DNA of 64,000 nucleotides, from contig JAUPSS010000002.1 in assembly GCA_040285825.1 (NCBI GenBank), positions 2,232,001 to 2,296,000 on the forward strand, given 5' to 3'. Source of the stretch: Eukaryota sp. TZLM1-RC (lineage: Eukaryota > Protista > Metamonada: BaSk clade). This document shows, piece by piece, positions 1 through 11,619 of this stretch. The stretch's first letter is position 1; each line of letters starts with the position of its first letter. Under the pieces are notes generated by a model, which saw nothing but the letters and a program-made list of their open reading frames with translations, did no database searches and was not told where the DNA came from. Both the position numbers and the translations under genes were made by a program.

Positions 1-246
1 AAGCATGAGGTTTAAGGATGGTGAAACAATGATATTGGAGATCTCTTTCTTGCTGACACGACCAGTAGCAGCTAAAAGAGGACGACCATAAGAACGGATT
101 TCCGGCTGGTAAAGGACAAGAGTACCATCTTCGGTTCCAATAAGGAGATTTAGCTCATCTGATTGCCACGCACAAATGGAGCTGACAGAAACAGGAAGAT
201 CATCAAGTATTTTCGTAACCTCAAAACCAGGAAAGGTCAATGTCAT
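1..246 (-). CDS. 5' part of Vps39/Vam6 (TGFBRAP1)-like CNH-domain protein, runs off window start
   Basis: Manual translation from ATG at 246: MTLTFPGFEVTKILDDLPVSVSSICAWQSDELNLLIGTEDGTLVLY...VSKKEISNIIVSPSLNLML, open to base 1; resembles the Vps39 N-terminus. Not in the ORF track because it is truncated. Confidence 0.6.
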   Translation of the reverse strand, partial: MTLTFPGFEVTKILDDLPVSVSSICAWQSDELNLLIGTEDGTLVLYQPEIRSYGRPLLAATGRVSKKEISNIIVSPSLNLML

Positions 247-392
247 GAGATGTTCGCAAGAGTAAAACAAGGATCAGTAAGGATGTGGTTTGTGTGAGTG
301 GGTAGTAATTGAAACACAAAACAAAAAAATCAATGAAATCAAGTATTCAGGTGGCCACATTGTTCAAACAATTATAAACAGTATCTGTGCGA

Positions 393-2123
393 ATGAGTTG
401 TCCCTTCCACACAATTGCTCGAATACGACCCTTTCTTCCAGAAGAAGCAGATTCTTCCCCTATATCTTTTGATTGTTCTTCATCACCGCCTTCTGTTATT
501 CTTTCAGGAAAGGGAACATTAGCAGGAATAGCCCGTCGATACCCTTTCCATGAAGTTTATGGACCAAACTCTTCACAATCAGACCTTTTCTCATCCCACA
601 TAACTTCCCTCCTTGACAGTACTCTCAATGGAAACAATACTTCTGTTCTTACTTTCGGTGCTACCAACACCGGTAAAACCTGGACGCTATTTGGAAAATC
701 AGATCAGTCTCTAGATTCTATAACGACGAGGCTTTCACCATCAAGTGGTCTTGTTCCAAGGTCCTTAGAGTATTTATTCAAATCATTACCTCCCAATCAT
801 TTCCTTTCTCTTTCGCTAATTGAAATCTATAGTTCAAACGATAGGGATTATGTTATTGATCTCCTTAGCCCGTATGAGCCAGAAGTTACCCCCAATAAGA
901 AAACCCTCTCCTTAGCTTGGAATGAGGATCGGTTTGAAGTCAAGGATAACATTAAGGGGGATTGTAACAGTCTGGTGGATGCGTTGTTTCTTGTTCAAGT
1001 AGGATTGGAGAATAGATCAGTGAGGGATCGTGACATTTATGGGACAAACAACAGTAAATATTTACCAAGCTCTAGGAGTCATTGCCTGCTTTGTATTAAT
1101 GTTAGGTCAAAAAAGTCAAGAAGAATCCTTGGGGCTATCACGTTTGCTGATTTGGCAGGCAGTGAACGTTTCAACCCTGAAAACAATCGAGAATCATCAT
1201 CAATCAATCAATCACTTTCCGTTCTATCCAAGGTGATTTCCTCTCTTAAATCTTCCCCTCCTTCATCCACGTTCATACCTTGGAGGGAGTCAACCTTAAC
1301 CAAGCTATTATGGCCCTGTCTGGATCCTTCAAGGTGCACTACTGATTCCTTTAAGACAGTGCTCATCACCACTCTCTCCCCTTGTTTTAAGGACTGGAGT
1401 GGTTCGCTTCAAGGATTGTTGGTAGCAACTTGTGCTCAAAGCGTAGTGGCTGGGGGTAGGAAGAGTCCATCGTTGTTTGATAGTTTAGGTCTGGAAAAGA
1501 GTTGCCGAAACTGTGAAGAATTGGGCAAACAAAATGAATACTTGAGAAGAGAACTATCAATTCTTCAGAAAAGTTTATCAGAGTTTGAAGTAAATGCTCC
1601 CAAATGTGTAGACGGTAAAGCTGCTGTGAAAGCTCTTCTGGATGCTAATCACTTGCTAAGATATAACTTGGCAATTGTTGAACAGGACAGAAATTCACTA
1701 TCAAGTCAAAGTGCTGATTTATTCAGGTACATTGCCCAGTTAGAAGAAACAATAGAGGAGGTCAAAGCCAATCAATCAAATCATCAAATGATTGATCGTG
1801 GAACAGACACTCCTTGCTTTGTTGAAGATCCAATCAGCTTGGTAGAATCTCAACTTGAACATGAAGGGTTAATTGAAGGAAACGGTTTAGAGATTGATCA
1901 ATTTTCTATCCATAGTAAACGCTCAATTCAAACAGAACCACCAAGACCAAAATCGGCAACTTCCTCTGTCAAACTTTCATTTTCTAACCCCCGACCCTCA
2001 TCAGCTAATAGTTGCCTTTTAGCATCGGCAAGAGCTGACCTGGACAGGTATAGGGGTAGGAAAAGGGGTGGGGTTAAGAAAAGACCTAACAGCGGTGTTA
2101 AGAGTAGAATATTGAGGAGGTAG
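393..2123 (+). CDS. Kinesin motor protein (N-terminal motor plus coiled coil; possibly KIF12/kinesin-16-like)
   Basis: P-loop GATNTGKT, switch I SSRSH, switch II DLAGSE, IPWRESTLTKLL. First ATG is at 393 (ORF track starts at GTG 387). Confidence 0.93.
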   Translation: MSCPFHTIARIRPFLPEEADSSPISFDCSSSPPSVILSGKGTLAGIARRYPFHEVYGPNSSQSDLFSSHITSLLDSTLNGNNTSVLTFGATNTGKTWTLFGKSDQSLDSITTRLSPSSGLVPRSLEYLFKSLPPNHFLSLSLIEIYSSNDRDYVIDLLSPYEPEVTPNKKTLSLAWNEDRFEVKDNIKGDCNSLVDALFLVQVGLENRSVRDRDIYGTNNSKYLPSSRSHCLLCINVRSKKSRRILGAITFADLAGSERFNPENNRESSSINQSLSVLSKVISSLKSSPPSSTFIPWRESTLTKLLWPCLDPSRCTTDSFKTVLITTLSPCFKDWSGSLQGLLVATCAQSVVAGGRKSPSLFDSLGLEKSCRNCEELGKQNEYLRRELSILQKSLSEFEVNAPKCVDGKAAVKALLDANHLLRYNLAIVEQDRNSLSSQSADLFRYIAQLEETIEEVKANQSNHQMIDRGTDTPCFVEDPISLVESQLEHEGLIEGNGLEIDQFSIHSKRSIQTEPPRPKSATSSVKLSFSNPRPSSANSCLLASARADLDRYRGRKRGGVKKRPNSGVKSRILRR

Positions 2124-2384
2124 AATTCATTTTGTATATTACCCCAAAACTACACCTTGTATTTAAAATCTGTTGGTTTTTTCAACAAAGAATTGATTAA
2201 TTCTATTTTTATTTATTGAGGTAATTTGGATTAATTAACATTGATTCAAATAGCGTTGAAAAAGTTTTTAAAGCCCTAATTGGGTTTCTTTCTTTTTAAA
2301 AAAATAAATTAAAGAGTCCTTGTAAATAAACTCAGTTCTGTTCATAAATATAAACCCAAAAAATTTAATATTTTAATAATTGTT

Positions 2385-2954
2385 TTACAACCTTCCTGGC
2401 TTTAAATGGCCCTTACCCTTTTTCATTTGCTGTTCCTGCTTTTTCAGAGCAATGCGAGGGGCATCTTGTTTGGCTTTCTCCACCAAAAATGAGATGTGCC
2501 CTCTCTGTCTTGCTTCCTTGCTGACAGATCTTCCACTTCCCCGTGCTCCACCCCATGCTTCCTGACCCGGCATGACAGGAACAAATGTGTCTTGGGCAAT
2601 AGAGCTCTGTTTAACAATGCGTAAAGATCCACCAGAAGAATCAGTCGGAGAAGTTGGTGAAGAAGGAAGAGGAGAACGTGGTGGTTGGCGGGACTTCTTG
2701 GTAAAATCAAAGAAGTCAGACTTGGTGGAATGGAGACTGAGATTGCGACTGGGAACCTGGTGGCTTGCCACATCCAAACCAAAAGAAAATTGAGTCTGAC
2801 GTGGAAGTTTTACAGGTGGGTTTGTGTCAAAAGAAGAAGAACTAAGACGTAAAGATGATGGAAGAGCTGGTTTGGGAGAATGTTTTGGTGAGGCAGGTTC
2901 AGTGTGTACTTCACTATCAGAAGATGAGTCACTGTTGTATGAGACAAGTGACAT
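2385..2954 (-). CDS. PRCC-like proline-rich protein
   Basis: N-terminus MSLVSYNSDSSSDSE, Pro/Ser-rich middle, C-terminal RQRGHISFLVEKAK resembling the PRCC C-terminal motif (HQITYL..QAK). Confidence 0.6.
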   Translation of the reverse strand: MSLVSYNSDSSSDSEVHTEPASPKHSPKPALPSSLRLSSSSFDTNPPVKLPRQTQFSFGLDVASHQVPSRNLSLHSTKSDFFDFTKKSRQPPRSPLPSSPTSPTDSSGGSLRIVKQSSIAQDTFVPVMPGQEAWGGARGSGRSVSKEARQRGHISFLVEKAKQDAPRIALKKQEQQMKKGKGHLKPGRL

Positions 2955-3063
2955 CGGCCAGCATCACAAAAATGTTTAATAGTAGTAACCTGTTGAGATT
3001 ACTGGAATATGAAGATGAAATGAATCAAGATTGTTTTTCAAAACTTGAGCACTTTCATTTCCT
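2950..3063 (-). mobile_element. Fanzor family B extreme C-terminus and right end (copy B1, part 1)
   Basis: Minus strand GGAAATGAAAGTGCTCAAGTTTTGAAAAACAATCTTGA-TTCATTTCATC...AGTAATCTCAACAGGTTACTACTA...GCCGATGTC aligns by eye with 33618-33769 and 52586-52664. Confidence 0.8.
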
Positions 3064-3076
3064 ATAAGATTCAATA

Positions 3077-5068
3077 ATAAGATTTTTTTTTCTTCTCCCT
3101 CCCTTAGTCAACCCTTTCATATTTCACTTTCTGTCAAGGCGTCAAAGTCGTACTGTTTCTCTGTCAAAACGATGCCTTTGGCTGATAGTGACTCTGATAC
3201 TGATTGGAACGCCCAAGCAAAGATTCTACCAGTCAGATCAAGCTCATCCTCTCCACTTCCCCACTCTCCCCACAATACAAGCTATGCTCGAAATTCATCT
3301 CAAAAAAATTTTCATTCAAAAACTGATCATTGTACCAGAAAAAACACAGAAAAACCTCCATTACGTTCCTTGCGTTCTGTTGCGCGTTCTATTAACAACT
3401 CCGTTTCTCGAAATTTGTTTTCTCCAGCTGAAACTGCAAAAAGTCAAAAGTCTATTTAAAAGTATTTAAAAATATTGGGCTTCATCTTAATGCCAGCAAA
3501 TGCCTTCTGATTGGCTCTTCTGCTCAAGACCTCGTGATAAACGATTCTATTGTCCCTTTTACTAATTATAGTAGTGATGCTTTTAAGTTCCTTGGTTGTT
3601 GGTTCGGAAACTTGCCTCAAATTCAGAATGAATTACAAGTTATTTTGGAGAAAATGACAATTGAACTTGATGCAATTTCTTCTTTAAATCTAGAAAAACA
3701 TATTAAATTTTTCATGCTTAAAATTTGCTACACTGGGAAAATAACCCACATTTTGAGATCTTGTGCTCCTTCCATAGCATTAGATTTTTGTCGTTCCTTT
3801 AATTCATTGAGAACAGAATTTTTTGCTGATTTATTGGATGTAGAACCAGAAATGTTGAAAGATCACTTATTTTTTTCAGCAAATTTGGGTGGTATTGGCT
3901 TTACTAAAGCTTCTATTTTGTGTGAATCAGCTTTTGTGGGTGGAGGCAAGAATTTTATTGATGAATTTTCTCGTAGATTTCCTGATGATTCTCATCTGTT
4001 AGTTCCCAGTTGCAGTCCATATTTGAATGAGTTATCTTGTGAACTTGATAGATTGCCACCACAAATTTGGACCAAATGTTTTCCTCAATTAATTCAAGAA
4101 ATTCCAAACCGATCTCTTTTTAATTTGCAGTTATGCTGTAAAAAGCTTCAATAAAATTGTCAAAGATTTTTGAAAGCTTGGAATTTGATGTTAGACTTGG
4201 CTTGGCCAAGAAAAAGAATCCCGCTTTTGCAAATCTTTTACAAAATATGTGTGACAGTACTTCTTCTGCCTTAGTAACAACAATTCCACAAGTTTATGGT
4301 ACTCTCTTATCCGATTCTGCTTGGACTCTGAATATGAGATTTCGTTCCTTTATCTGGCCTGATAATTTACCTCATAATTTAATTTGTAAATGTTCTCGAG
4401 AAATTACAACTACTCATTTGTTAAATTGTAAACATTTTATTACTTTTAGAAGCAAGGTTCATGATGCTGTAAGAGACCAGTTATATTGTATGTGTAAATC
4501 TCATAGAATTGAATCCTTCTTGGAACCTCTGTTGTCAAATTTGTTTGATGCTGAAAATGATTTTCATAAGAATAATAGAGGTGATGTCATATTACCTGGA
4601 TTAGATGGAAGCTTCATTTTATTGGATGTAATGTCTGTTGATCCTTGTAATGCCTCAAATGAAAGGCTTGTTAATTCTGAAATTCATAATCCCCTTTCAA
4701 ATGCTGAAAATTTTAAATTCAAAAATACAATGAACCTTTGTCCAAATTGGCCAGTCTACAGCATGCAAAATACAATTTGTATCCATTTGTATTTTCCCTT
4801 TTTGGTTCACTTGCACCAACTGCTTTACGTTTTTTGGATGATTTTGAAATGATTGTAAAGAGAAGAACTGGCAGAAATTTCAACAGATTGTTTTGGCAAA
4901 ATAGAATTGTGTTTTCTATTTTTAAGGGGATGTTGAAGATGGTTTCTGATGCTTTGCTTTCTCTTGGATCTCACTATGAGAGAGTTGCATCTAGTGTTTT
5001 TGTTTTGGGAGAGATGGATTTTTTTAGATGTTGATTTATAGGTTTAGAATAAAATTAAATTTAAAAAA
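3077..5068 (+). mobile_element. Non-LTR retrotransposon (RLE-endonuclease type), internally deleted, with 13-bp TSD
   Basis: Distal RT/thumb (GLHLNASKC..FLG; THILRS; LGGIG), Zn knuckle CKC..HLLNC, HDAVRD..EP..RGD..DV nuclease motifs. AATAAA and short A-tract at 3' end. Direct repeat ATAAGATTCAATA at 3064-3076 and 5069-5081. Confidence 0.85.
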
Positions 5069-5184
5069 ATAAGATTCAATATATTGTTTTTATTGTTTTA
5101 TTATATTTATTATATACGTATTTATTTTGAAGAAATTTATTTTATAATGTGTTTATCTATCGAATAAGGAATAAGAAATCATTT

Positions 5185-5425
5185 AAGATACTGATCTACC
5201 ACAGAAATCTTATTCAGAAAAGCATTGACATTACCATTCCATGAACGTCCACACTTCTTGCAAGTGACTAATCTATACTAAGGACCGTTGAAGTCTTTGC
5301 TCTCCTGTAAGGTCTTGGGTTAGGTACTCGATGTTTCTGTACATTTTCACCTTCTTTTTGCACGAGTACACATGCATGAGATCAAGACCCAGTTTCATCT
5401 TGATCCAGCTGCAATAATCGATATT
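5185..5425 (-). pseudogene. Fanzor family B C-terminal remnant (copy B1, part 2)
   Basis: Manual translation RLLQLDQ..HACVL..KHRVPNPRPYRRAK...LVTCKKCGRSWNGNVNAFLNKISVVDQY; homologous to 33380-33690 and 52320-52620. Confidence 0.75.
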
Positions 5426-6103
5426 TAGTTTATTTAAACAATTTTGCAGTACTTACTGACCAATATACAGTCATTGTTACTCAATCAAAGTAAAAGGAGC
5501 AGTTGTTTTGCAATGATTATGTAAACTTTTAAACACTTTTTGAAAGAAAGGTTCTATCGCGCGTTCTAATACCCAAGCAAACAAGCATCATCTGAACCAC
5601 ACTGCGACTTACTTTGGGTTTTTGGATGAGTTTTTATACAAATACAATAAATTAAACAAATTAAATAAATTAAAGAAATAAAATAAATGATCCAAATGCA
5701 ATTTTTCTAAAATGAAATATCATTACTCACCATATTTTTAATTTGTTCACTTATATATCTCATTCACAAAAGGTCAATCATCCATTATGATCTTTTGAGG
5801 CACAACTTTCTGATGTACTCAACATTGATTTGAGTAAGAAGCCGTGGTGAAACTCAATTTGCATGATATGATGGAAACGAAATAGTAATCGGTTTCTCAA
5901 TAGAAAATAAGTACCATTAATGACAATAAACTAATCTTGACTTTACAAACACAGTGAACTTCCATCAATTCCAGATACGACATCATCCTTTGCAATTTAA
6001 GTAAAGCAAGGGTAAGAAAGAACAATTTTGACTTTTTGATTGTTGATAAATGATTGTAACAATTAAATAAATGATTGGTCTTTTCAAAACTGAATAGGTC
6101 TTC

Positions 6104-6622
6104 ATGACTTCCTGTCCTATTTGTCTTAGTGAAAGCTTTGCCCTTCCCTATTCTACAACTTGTGGCCATATATTTTGCTGGCCGTGTATTAACCAATGGT
6201 GCAGAAATTCTCAATCACAAGGTCAGTGTTCTTGTCCAGTCTGTAACAATGTAGTCAAATTATCTGACTGCATTCGTATACATGGAGTTAAAGAAAGAGA
6301 ATACAAACCAGAAGAAGACGTTCCGACACCACCGAAAAACGAATACGTTGCCAGTGAGCCTGCTAGAGCTCGTCCTGCAAGACCGCAGTTTCGAGTAGTC
6401 CATCATGGAGTATTCCCCTTTTCTTTCACAGTGAGTAATGGACATCATGGTATGCACAACCCTTTTTTCCCCGCTGAATATGTTGTACCAGATGGTCCTC
6501 ATCACTCCCCTAGAATAAGACATCCAAATCCAGCTCAGGCCCGTAAGCAGATGCTAGTTTTCTTTTTAGTACTTTTCATTTTTGCCTTCTTTCTTCAAAT
6601 ATCAGAGATTGTATTTTTGTAA
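6104..6622 (+). CDS. C3HC4 RING E3 ubiquitin ligase, RNF5/RMA1-like, tail-anchored
   Basis: CPIC..CGHIFCWPCINQW..CPVC RING plus C-terminal hydrophobic TM segment. Confidence 0.85.
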   Translation: MTSCPICLSESFALPYSTTCGHIFCWPCINQWCRNSQSQGQCSCPVCNNVVKLSDCIRIHGVKEREYKPEEDVPTPPKNEYVASEPARARPARPQFRVVHHGVFPFSFTVSNGHHGMHNPFFPAEYVVPDGPHHSPRIRHPNPAQARKQMLVFFLVLFIFAFFLQISEIVFL

Positions 6623-7315
6623 TTGTTTTGTGTACATAGTTTTAATTTAGAGGTTATTAAATAATAGTTTCAGATTTTATTTCGATTTAACCATTTCGAT
6701 CTCTTTGAATGCATACTGCACCATAACTGTTTTTTCTGATATCAATTCATTGCTTTTAATCTTGTGGCCCAAAAAACAGAGGAATTTTAGTCCTTGGTGT
6801 CATCAGCAATTTAGTTGATCACAACTTCCATCCCTTAGAAGGATTGCTAGAAGGTAAATCAACAGTTGAGCATGTTTTTATCATTTCATTTGGTCCAATT
6901 CTCTTTAGTGTCGATGTAGATACAAATTGGGGAACTTGATAGAGTGTTTGAGATGCAAATAGATACAGTATATGGTGAAGAACTGGACAATTCGGTTGTC
7001 GTATTTACATGGTAAAATTGGAAAATTTGATGGACTTAGTAGAGAAATGAACTCAATAAACTTTTATGGTATCAAATTGTTTAAAATTGGTGGTGAAATT
7101 AGTTCTTTTCTCCTTTAGTATAACCATTAGTGAAAAATAAACATAATAAGATCAACATAAGTGAATTTTATTTTTAATATTTAAATTAACTAACAAAACT
7201 AAGTATTTTGAACAATCATGGCCAAAAACATTGTGGAATCACTGATTGATATCGACCCACCAGACAGAATTACTAATTTAAATAACAATTTATAAGTACC
7301 AAAGGAATAAATAAA

Positions 7316-8630
7316 TTAAATAAATAAGCCAAAGAAATTTTCTACTGGTGGAACCAACCAATCCCTTACATATTGAGTTAAAATAAAGGCACTAAAAGAA
7401 AATCCATCAGCCAGAAACAGCCAAACAGAATAGGCTATACCATTATACTTTGAGTCTAACTTGCTATCAATAGCCTTTGACGAGCTCACATAAATTCCAC
7501 CATTTCCAAATGAAACTAAGAAGGCAGTAGCCAAAACTAAACCAGGGACTTTGGACAAACCAAAGATAATACCAGGGATAGTGAATATGAGGAAGGAATA
7601 AGGGTGTTTAAATTTGGATTTTTGGAAAATCTTTCTTGAGGAAGAATCACCAATCATAAACAAAAATGAAAACAAACTAAAATAATAATGATTTGGAATT
7701 GTAAAAGTAACTAAATTAAACACATTAACTGGAACCGTGGGGAAGTCTGTATCGTTGAAGACATAAAGCTCAATGCCGGGAGAAAACATTGAAACTGACA
7801 TCATATTAAACCCAAAAGTCATTGCCCAGGGAAAAACTACTGGAAACCATTGTCGCCATTCGGAAATGTAAAGGAAGAAGTGGCGAGAAGAAGTGCCCTG
7901 CCGAGCGAGTGACTTTGCTGGCACACGTAAGACTAACAAAAGCACACCAATTACTTGCAAACTTCCGACATAAGCATACATGTATGTAGGCCAAATCCAA
8001 CCAAACCATTTCATAATTGGTTTAGATATCACAGTAATACTGGCAATACCAAAGGGAATAGCTAAAACTGACATTGATTTAGCCTTCTTTCCATATGCCG
8101 AGGTTGTATTGAGTATATTTGCTTCAAAAGTACCGATACCAACGCCACCCAAGCCATAAATAACCCCGACCTGCCACACATACATCTTATCTGCAAAATA
8201 AAAGATACTGAAAAGAAGACCTTCCACTATTGCCATTACGGTCATTGCGAGAAAAAGACGACCACGAGGCTTGAGGAAGGCAAAGAAAAGGTTGTGGCCT
8301 AATCTAAAAACGAGGTTACCAAGAGATAAAAGGGATATTGCAAATCCTAGAGAGGCCTAGTATAAGAAAGTGGGATATACGTACATTGCCGTGATCAATA
8401 TCACATTTTTTAGAAACCTTGTCTTGAAAGAAGAAAAGAGATGCATAACAAGCAAAGCACGCCAGTGTAGCGAAAAAGAATTCAAAGTAGGATCGTTCGT
8501 TACTGATTTTGAGCTTTGAAGTCAAGAGAGGTTCGTCCATTGCATCAAGGGAATCCGCGACGACGAGGGGATTTGGTGATGCGTTGATGGTGATGGGTGC
8601 ATTGACAGAGGATACTGGACTGTCAAGCAT
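7316..8630 (-). CDS. CLN3/battenin-like MFS membrane protein (2 exons; intron 8357-8384)
   Basis: Removing the 28-nt intron GTACGT...TACTAG joins ORF 8316-8630 in frame to 7316-8245 via GNLVFRLGHNLFFAFLKPRGR; about 11 hydrophobic segments; GIGTFEANIL motif. Confidence 0.75.
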
Positions 8631-8958
8631 TATTTTAGGGTGGTCTAAATACTGTGAATTTCGCTTATGTGAAATTCACTCCTGTTTTCAACTTTCTCAA
8701 TGTCTACTCACACGCTGTAAGAGACTTGTAGCATCATTTGACAAAGACAATCATGATCTTCATCAATGGGCTACCTCACTTAAATACACCTTCTGCTTTC
8801 ACAGAACAAAGCCTCGCGACTTGATGTATCTAAGTGGATCTACCAAATGCTACTAAGGCATTTGTAGATTGGTCTCAAAAGTTTTAGTTTCTGAAATAAC
8901 TCAAAATAAAATATCAGTTATTAGAAAATTTTTGTTTTTGTATGCTCAGGATCCCCAT

Positions 8959-10903
8959 TCATCTCCTCAACAGAGCATCTGGGCAAATGTATCTTTCCGG
9001 CCACAATTCCGCTTTCTTCTTAATTTGAATATTTTTTGCAGCGGAAATATCTCTGTCATATACTATTTGACACTCAGTACAAATACGCATCTGCCATGAG
9101 CCTGCTTGAATGTTCTCGACCATGCAACAAATTGACAGTTTGCTTGTATTAAATTCACTGGTTGACAAGTGCTTCATGTTCTTTTGATAACACAACCATT
9201 TTCTGAAAGCCCTTGCTGATCCACATCGATTGACTTTTCGGCAATGAGAAGGGAAATTAGCAGAACCCACAGCAAGATAGAGTTTTTCAGGATGTCCAGC
9301 CAGCCTTTGAAATTTGTTGAGACTCTCTCTGAAGCGTCTCTCTTTTCGTCTCAAATGTAAATAATTTCCATTTCTGGCAATTACTTTCCAAGTACACTTT
9401 CCTCCTGACCAAATTCCAATGGTGCAAATATTGGTGGAAATTTTGAACGGAATATTGGTTGGGAGAATGTTTACTGGGTGAAGGTTTTGTCATGTATCTT
9501 CTGCCAGTTGGACAAGGGATAACTCCACATTGATAATCATTTAAGAAGTAACCACATAATCTAGGTTGTCCCAGATCAACGCCAATAAGGGGCCTTTCAG
9601 GTAAAATTTCGACTGGTTGTCTACGTCTTCGACAGGCATTTTTTTAGTGCTCTTCAGCTGTGTTTCTCTGGTTTTGTCGGCATTAGGGTCACTTTTCATT
9701 TCATTTTTGGATCTTCTTTTCTTTTTCGGTGGTTCATCCAGCTCATCTGTGTTTTCTGAGTCATTATTTTTACCTTCAAAAGTCAAGAGCAGTTCATTAC
9801 CATTAGTTTTCAATAAGAAATTTTTAAATCTATTTTTCAAATTTTTTCTGTTGATATTGAATTTTTGGTAAGGACATTGTTTGAATATTCTTTTAGACAT
9901 GTATTTCTGATAAACTTTGTTTTGGAAGATAATGCCTCAATAAGTGGAAATATTTTCACAGAGTGGAAAACATGTGAAGGTACCTCATGAAATTTAGAAC
10001 CTTTATGAAAAGCTAAAGGTGTTATTCTAAATTTTTTCCAGCAATGCATATGAGAAAAGAAAGTCAGTAAGTATTGTGAATTTTAAGATTGAAGAGAAAA
10101 AGCTCACCAATTTCCTTTGATGAAAAGGTGATTTTATCATGTGAGGACAGTATTGAGGCAGTGGTAGGAAATCTTTGAAGGAGATTCAAGAAATACTTAC
10201 ATGCATTCAATAAAAAGTATCTTTCTCTTGAATTTTTCAGATTGAAATTGATGTAGTGTTCAAGAACAGAATCAACAACTACTTCCTCGGGTTGGGCTAA
10301 TGGTTCATCTGGCAAAAGTGAAAGAATATTATTGGCAAAGACATTTGTTTTAACTAGAGCTCTACAATGAGCACGAATAAAGTTTTTTGTCCAGGATTGA
10401 CAAATTTCAGGTAAACTTGTCTTCACGTTAGACGCCAATTGACGAGCCCGACAAGCAAGGTAAGGAGTAAGCACTTTTCTATTGATAAAATTACACTTCT
10501 GAGACTGCAGTCAAGCATTGAGAAAAAGATTGAAGGAATTTCTATAAGGCACCAAAGAATTTTCCCACAAAGAAACAAGAGACCTGTCTTGTGGGCATTC
10601 AGGAAGAAATCCAATGTAAAAGATATGGAGTAATTGGCGTTGGCCTTTAGATGTGGAAGGCTTTGGAAAAAAACCACTGGTGATGACGGTCATAAAAAGA
10701 TACCATACATCCTGTTCCACTAAAGCTCTAGATGCCAACGGAAAATTTAGAAGAAAAGATTGAAGCAATAAAGAAGCTTCATGACAAATCTCGGTGAGCA
10801 AAGGAAGGTCAGTCCGAATTTGTTGCACCGCTACAGGGGTCAGCAGCGAGTTAAGTGCACAAGACCGAGTGAATACACGTGATACAGAGGGGGTGTCTGT
10901 CAT
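8959..10903 (-). pseudogene. Fanzor family C (TnpB-like RuvC nuclease), frameshifted
   Basis: RuvC-I IGVDLGQPR (alternative frame, about 9555-9595), VGSANF, RuvC-II SEFNTSK, Zn finger CC..CTEC, RuvC-III YDRDISAAKNI; N-terminal helical region; several frameshifts. Confidence 0.8.
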
Positions 10904-11619
10904 GTAGTGAGAATAAACAGCTCATCTATCAAATTTTTCACTTGTCACCCCATTTTCGACTTCTGGTTGCCTGTGCTGGGAGGTTTTTTAACCCTCAACT
11001 TGGTTTTGGGAGGTTTTCACTATTCCCACACTTTCCCTTTACTTCATAAACTAGGTTCATAAACTAGGTATCCTTTGTAAAAGTTTCTGGAATTTCAACT
11101 CTATGTAACTCATGAAAGACGCTCTCAGCATCATCAACAGATTAGTCCACGATACTTATTTGTCTAAAGGACGTTTCTTTGTTGGTTTTGAGGATAGATT
11201 TGGCGGTATATTCTTCCTCCCTCTTCATGATTTTCTTGCCTTATCTGTACCATCTCACAGAATTCGCTACATATCTAAATGAAACTATTTCTCTGGTCTC
11301 GCACAAAACGAATCAACCTTATTGGCTTTGTTGCACCTTCTGTTTCTTTATTCTCATCTCCAACACCTGGTGTTCTCTCCCGATGTTTTCCTCCTCATGC
11401 TACTGGTAGAAAGAATTTCCAGTTACCATTCTTCTCTAACATTGTTTCTTGTATTGTAGGTGTTCATCATACATTGGCACTCACTGCAATTAGAGACACA
11501 AGTAAGACACAATAAAACATGTTATTTTGTGCAGTTTAAATATGAATATCTTTTTCATATTTTATACCTTTTCCATTCGTTTTATTTTCAAGAGCTTTTA
11601 TACCTGAAATTAGGAGTTT

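Noticed and set aside
4140-4160. Alternative genetic code (stop readthrough) suggested by in-frame TAA/TAG in elements
   Set aside because: In-frame stops occur only in decayed transposons; host genes end normally at TAA/TAG/TGA
6680-7020. Possible small multi-intron gene on the minus strand
   Set aside because: Could not assemble a consistent spliced ORF
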